A stretch of DNA of 64,000 bases from Eledone cirrhosa (taxonomy: Eukaryota), in NCBI GenBank assembly GCA_964016885.1, contig OZ024758.1, positions 35,402,001 to 35,466,000 on the forward strand. Direction: 5' to 3'. The number at the start of each line of letters is the position of its first letter. The first letter of the stretch is position 1. Below the pieces are notes generated by a model that saw nothing but the letters and a program-made list of their open reading frames with translations, had not been told where the DNA came from and searched no databases. Shown here piece after piece: positions 62,601 through 64,000 of this stretch. The position numbers and the translations under genes are program-made.

Positions 62601-64000
62601 TCATTTAAGTTCATGGTATTAGCTGTCAGAAGTAACTCCACTGTTGGTGAGAATTCATTTAAGTTCATGGTACTAGCTGTCAGAAGTAACTCCACTGTTG
62701 GTGAGAATTCATTTAAGTTCATGGTATTAGTTTGTCAGAAGTAACTCCACTGTTGGTGAGAATTCATTTAAGTCATGGTATTAGCTGTCAGAAGTAACTC
62801 CAATGTTGGTGAGAATTCATTTAAGTTCATGGTACTAGCTGTCAGAAGTAACTCCACTGTTGGTGAGAATTCATTTAAGTTCATGGTATTAGCTGTCAGA
62901 AGTAACTCCACTGTTGGTGAGAATTCATTTAAGTTCATGGTACTAGCTGTCAGAAGTAACTCCACTGTTGGTGAGAATTCATTTAAGTCATGGTATTAGC
63001 TGTCAGAAGTAACTCCAATGTTGGTGAGAATTCATTTAAGTCATGGTACTAGCTGTCAGAAGTAACTCCAATGTTGGTGAGAATTCATTTATGTTCATGG
63101 TATTAGCTGTCAGAAGGAACATCACTGTTGGTTAGAATTCATTTAAGTTCATGGTATTAGCTGTCAGAAGTAACTCCACTGTTGGTGAGAATTCATTTAA
63201 GTTCATGGTACTAGCTGTCAGAAGTAACTCCACTGTTGGTGAGAATTCAGTTAAGTTCATGCTATTAGCTGTCAGAAGGAACACCACTGTTGGTGAGAAT
63301 TCATTTAAGTTCATGGTATTAGCTGTCAGAAGTAACTCCACTGTTGGTGAGAATTCATTTAAGTTCATGGTACTAGCTGTCAGAAGTAACTCCACTGTTG
63401 GTGAGAATTCAGTTAAGTTCATGGTATTAGTTGTCAGAAGTAACTCCACTGTTGGTGAGAATTAATTTAAATCATGGTATTAGTTGTCAGAAGTAACTCC
63501 AATGTTGGTGAGAATTCATTTAAGTTCATGGTACTAGCTGTCAGAAGTAACTCCACTGTTTCTGAGAATTCATTTAAGTTCATGGTACTAGCTGTCAGAA
63601 GTAACTCCACTGTTGGTGAGAATTCATTTAAGTTCATGGTACTAGCTGTCAGAAGTAACTCCACTGTTGGTGAGAATTCATTTAAGTTCATGGTACTAGC
63701 TGTCAGAAGTAACCCCACTGTTGGTGAGAATTCATTTAAGTTCATGGTACTAGCTGTCAGAAGTAACTCCACTGTTGGTGAGAATTCATTTAAGTTCATG
63801 GTACTAGCTGTCAGAAGTAACTCCATTGTTGGTGAGAATTCATTTAAGTTCATGGTATTAGCTGTCAGAAGGAACTCCACTGTTGGTGAGAATTCATTTA
63901 AGTTCATGGTATTAGCTGTCAGAAGTAACTCCACTGTTTCTGAGAATTCATTTAAGTTCATGGTACTAGCTGTCAGAAGTAACTCCACTGTTGGTGAGAA
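47644..64000. repeat. 54-bp satellite DNA, ~300 monomers, continuing past the window end
   Basis: atggta(t/c)tagctgtcagaagtaactccactgttggtgagaattcatttaagttc with 53- and 55-bp variants; EcoRI site in most units. Confidence 0.98.

Noticed and set aside
47644-64000. Many ORFs (MNLNEFSPTVELLLTA / MVLAVRSNSTVGENSFKF) as repeat proteins
   Set aside because: Result of a 54-bp monomer divisible by 3; open on both strands and broken by 53/55-bp variants

Overview
AT-rich eukaryotic DNA dominated by repeats. The landscape ((TA)n/(CA)n/(GAT)n tracts, tRNA-derived SINEs, RTE LINEs) suggests a mollusc, probably an octopus or other coleoid; this is inference, not proven. Host gene (+ strand, 4.8-30.9 kb): ten exons of exactly 138 nt, all phase 1-1 with AG/GT ends, each encoding one 46-aa 8-Cys laminin-type EGF module (MEGF10/CED-1/SCARF-like ectodomain). 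No start, transmembrane segment or stop is visible. Exons 1 and 2 appear identical and lie in a recent ~6.1 kb tandem duplication. The introns contain SINEs, SINE-derived minisatellites, TTAA (piggyBac-type) MITEs, hAT and Tc1/mariner relics, a 5'-truncated RTE LINE, a 5S rRNA fragment and several fold-back structures, one with an intact-looking minimal type I hammerhead ribozyme. From 32 to 42.5 kb there is a near full-length RTE LINE and a full-length Helitron (RepHel in one frame, broken only by four TGA stops) joined head-to-tail to a non-autonomous derivative. From 47.6 kb to the window end is a 54-bp satellite with higher-order structure. Most ORF-track entries are repeat artefacts. Coordinates were counted by eye; repeat boundaries are approximate.
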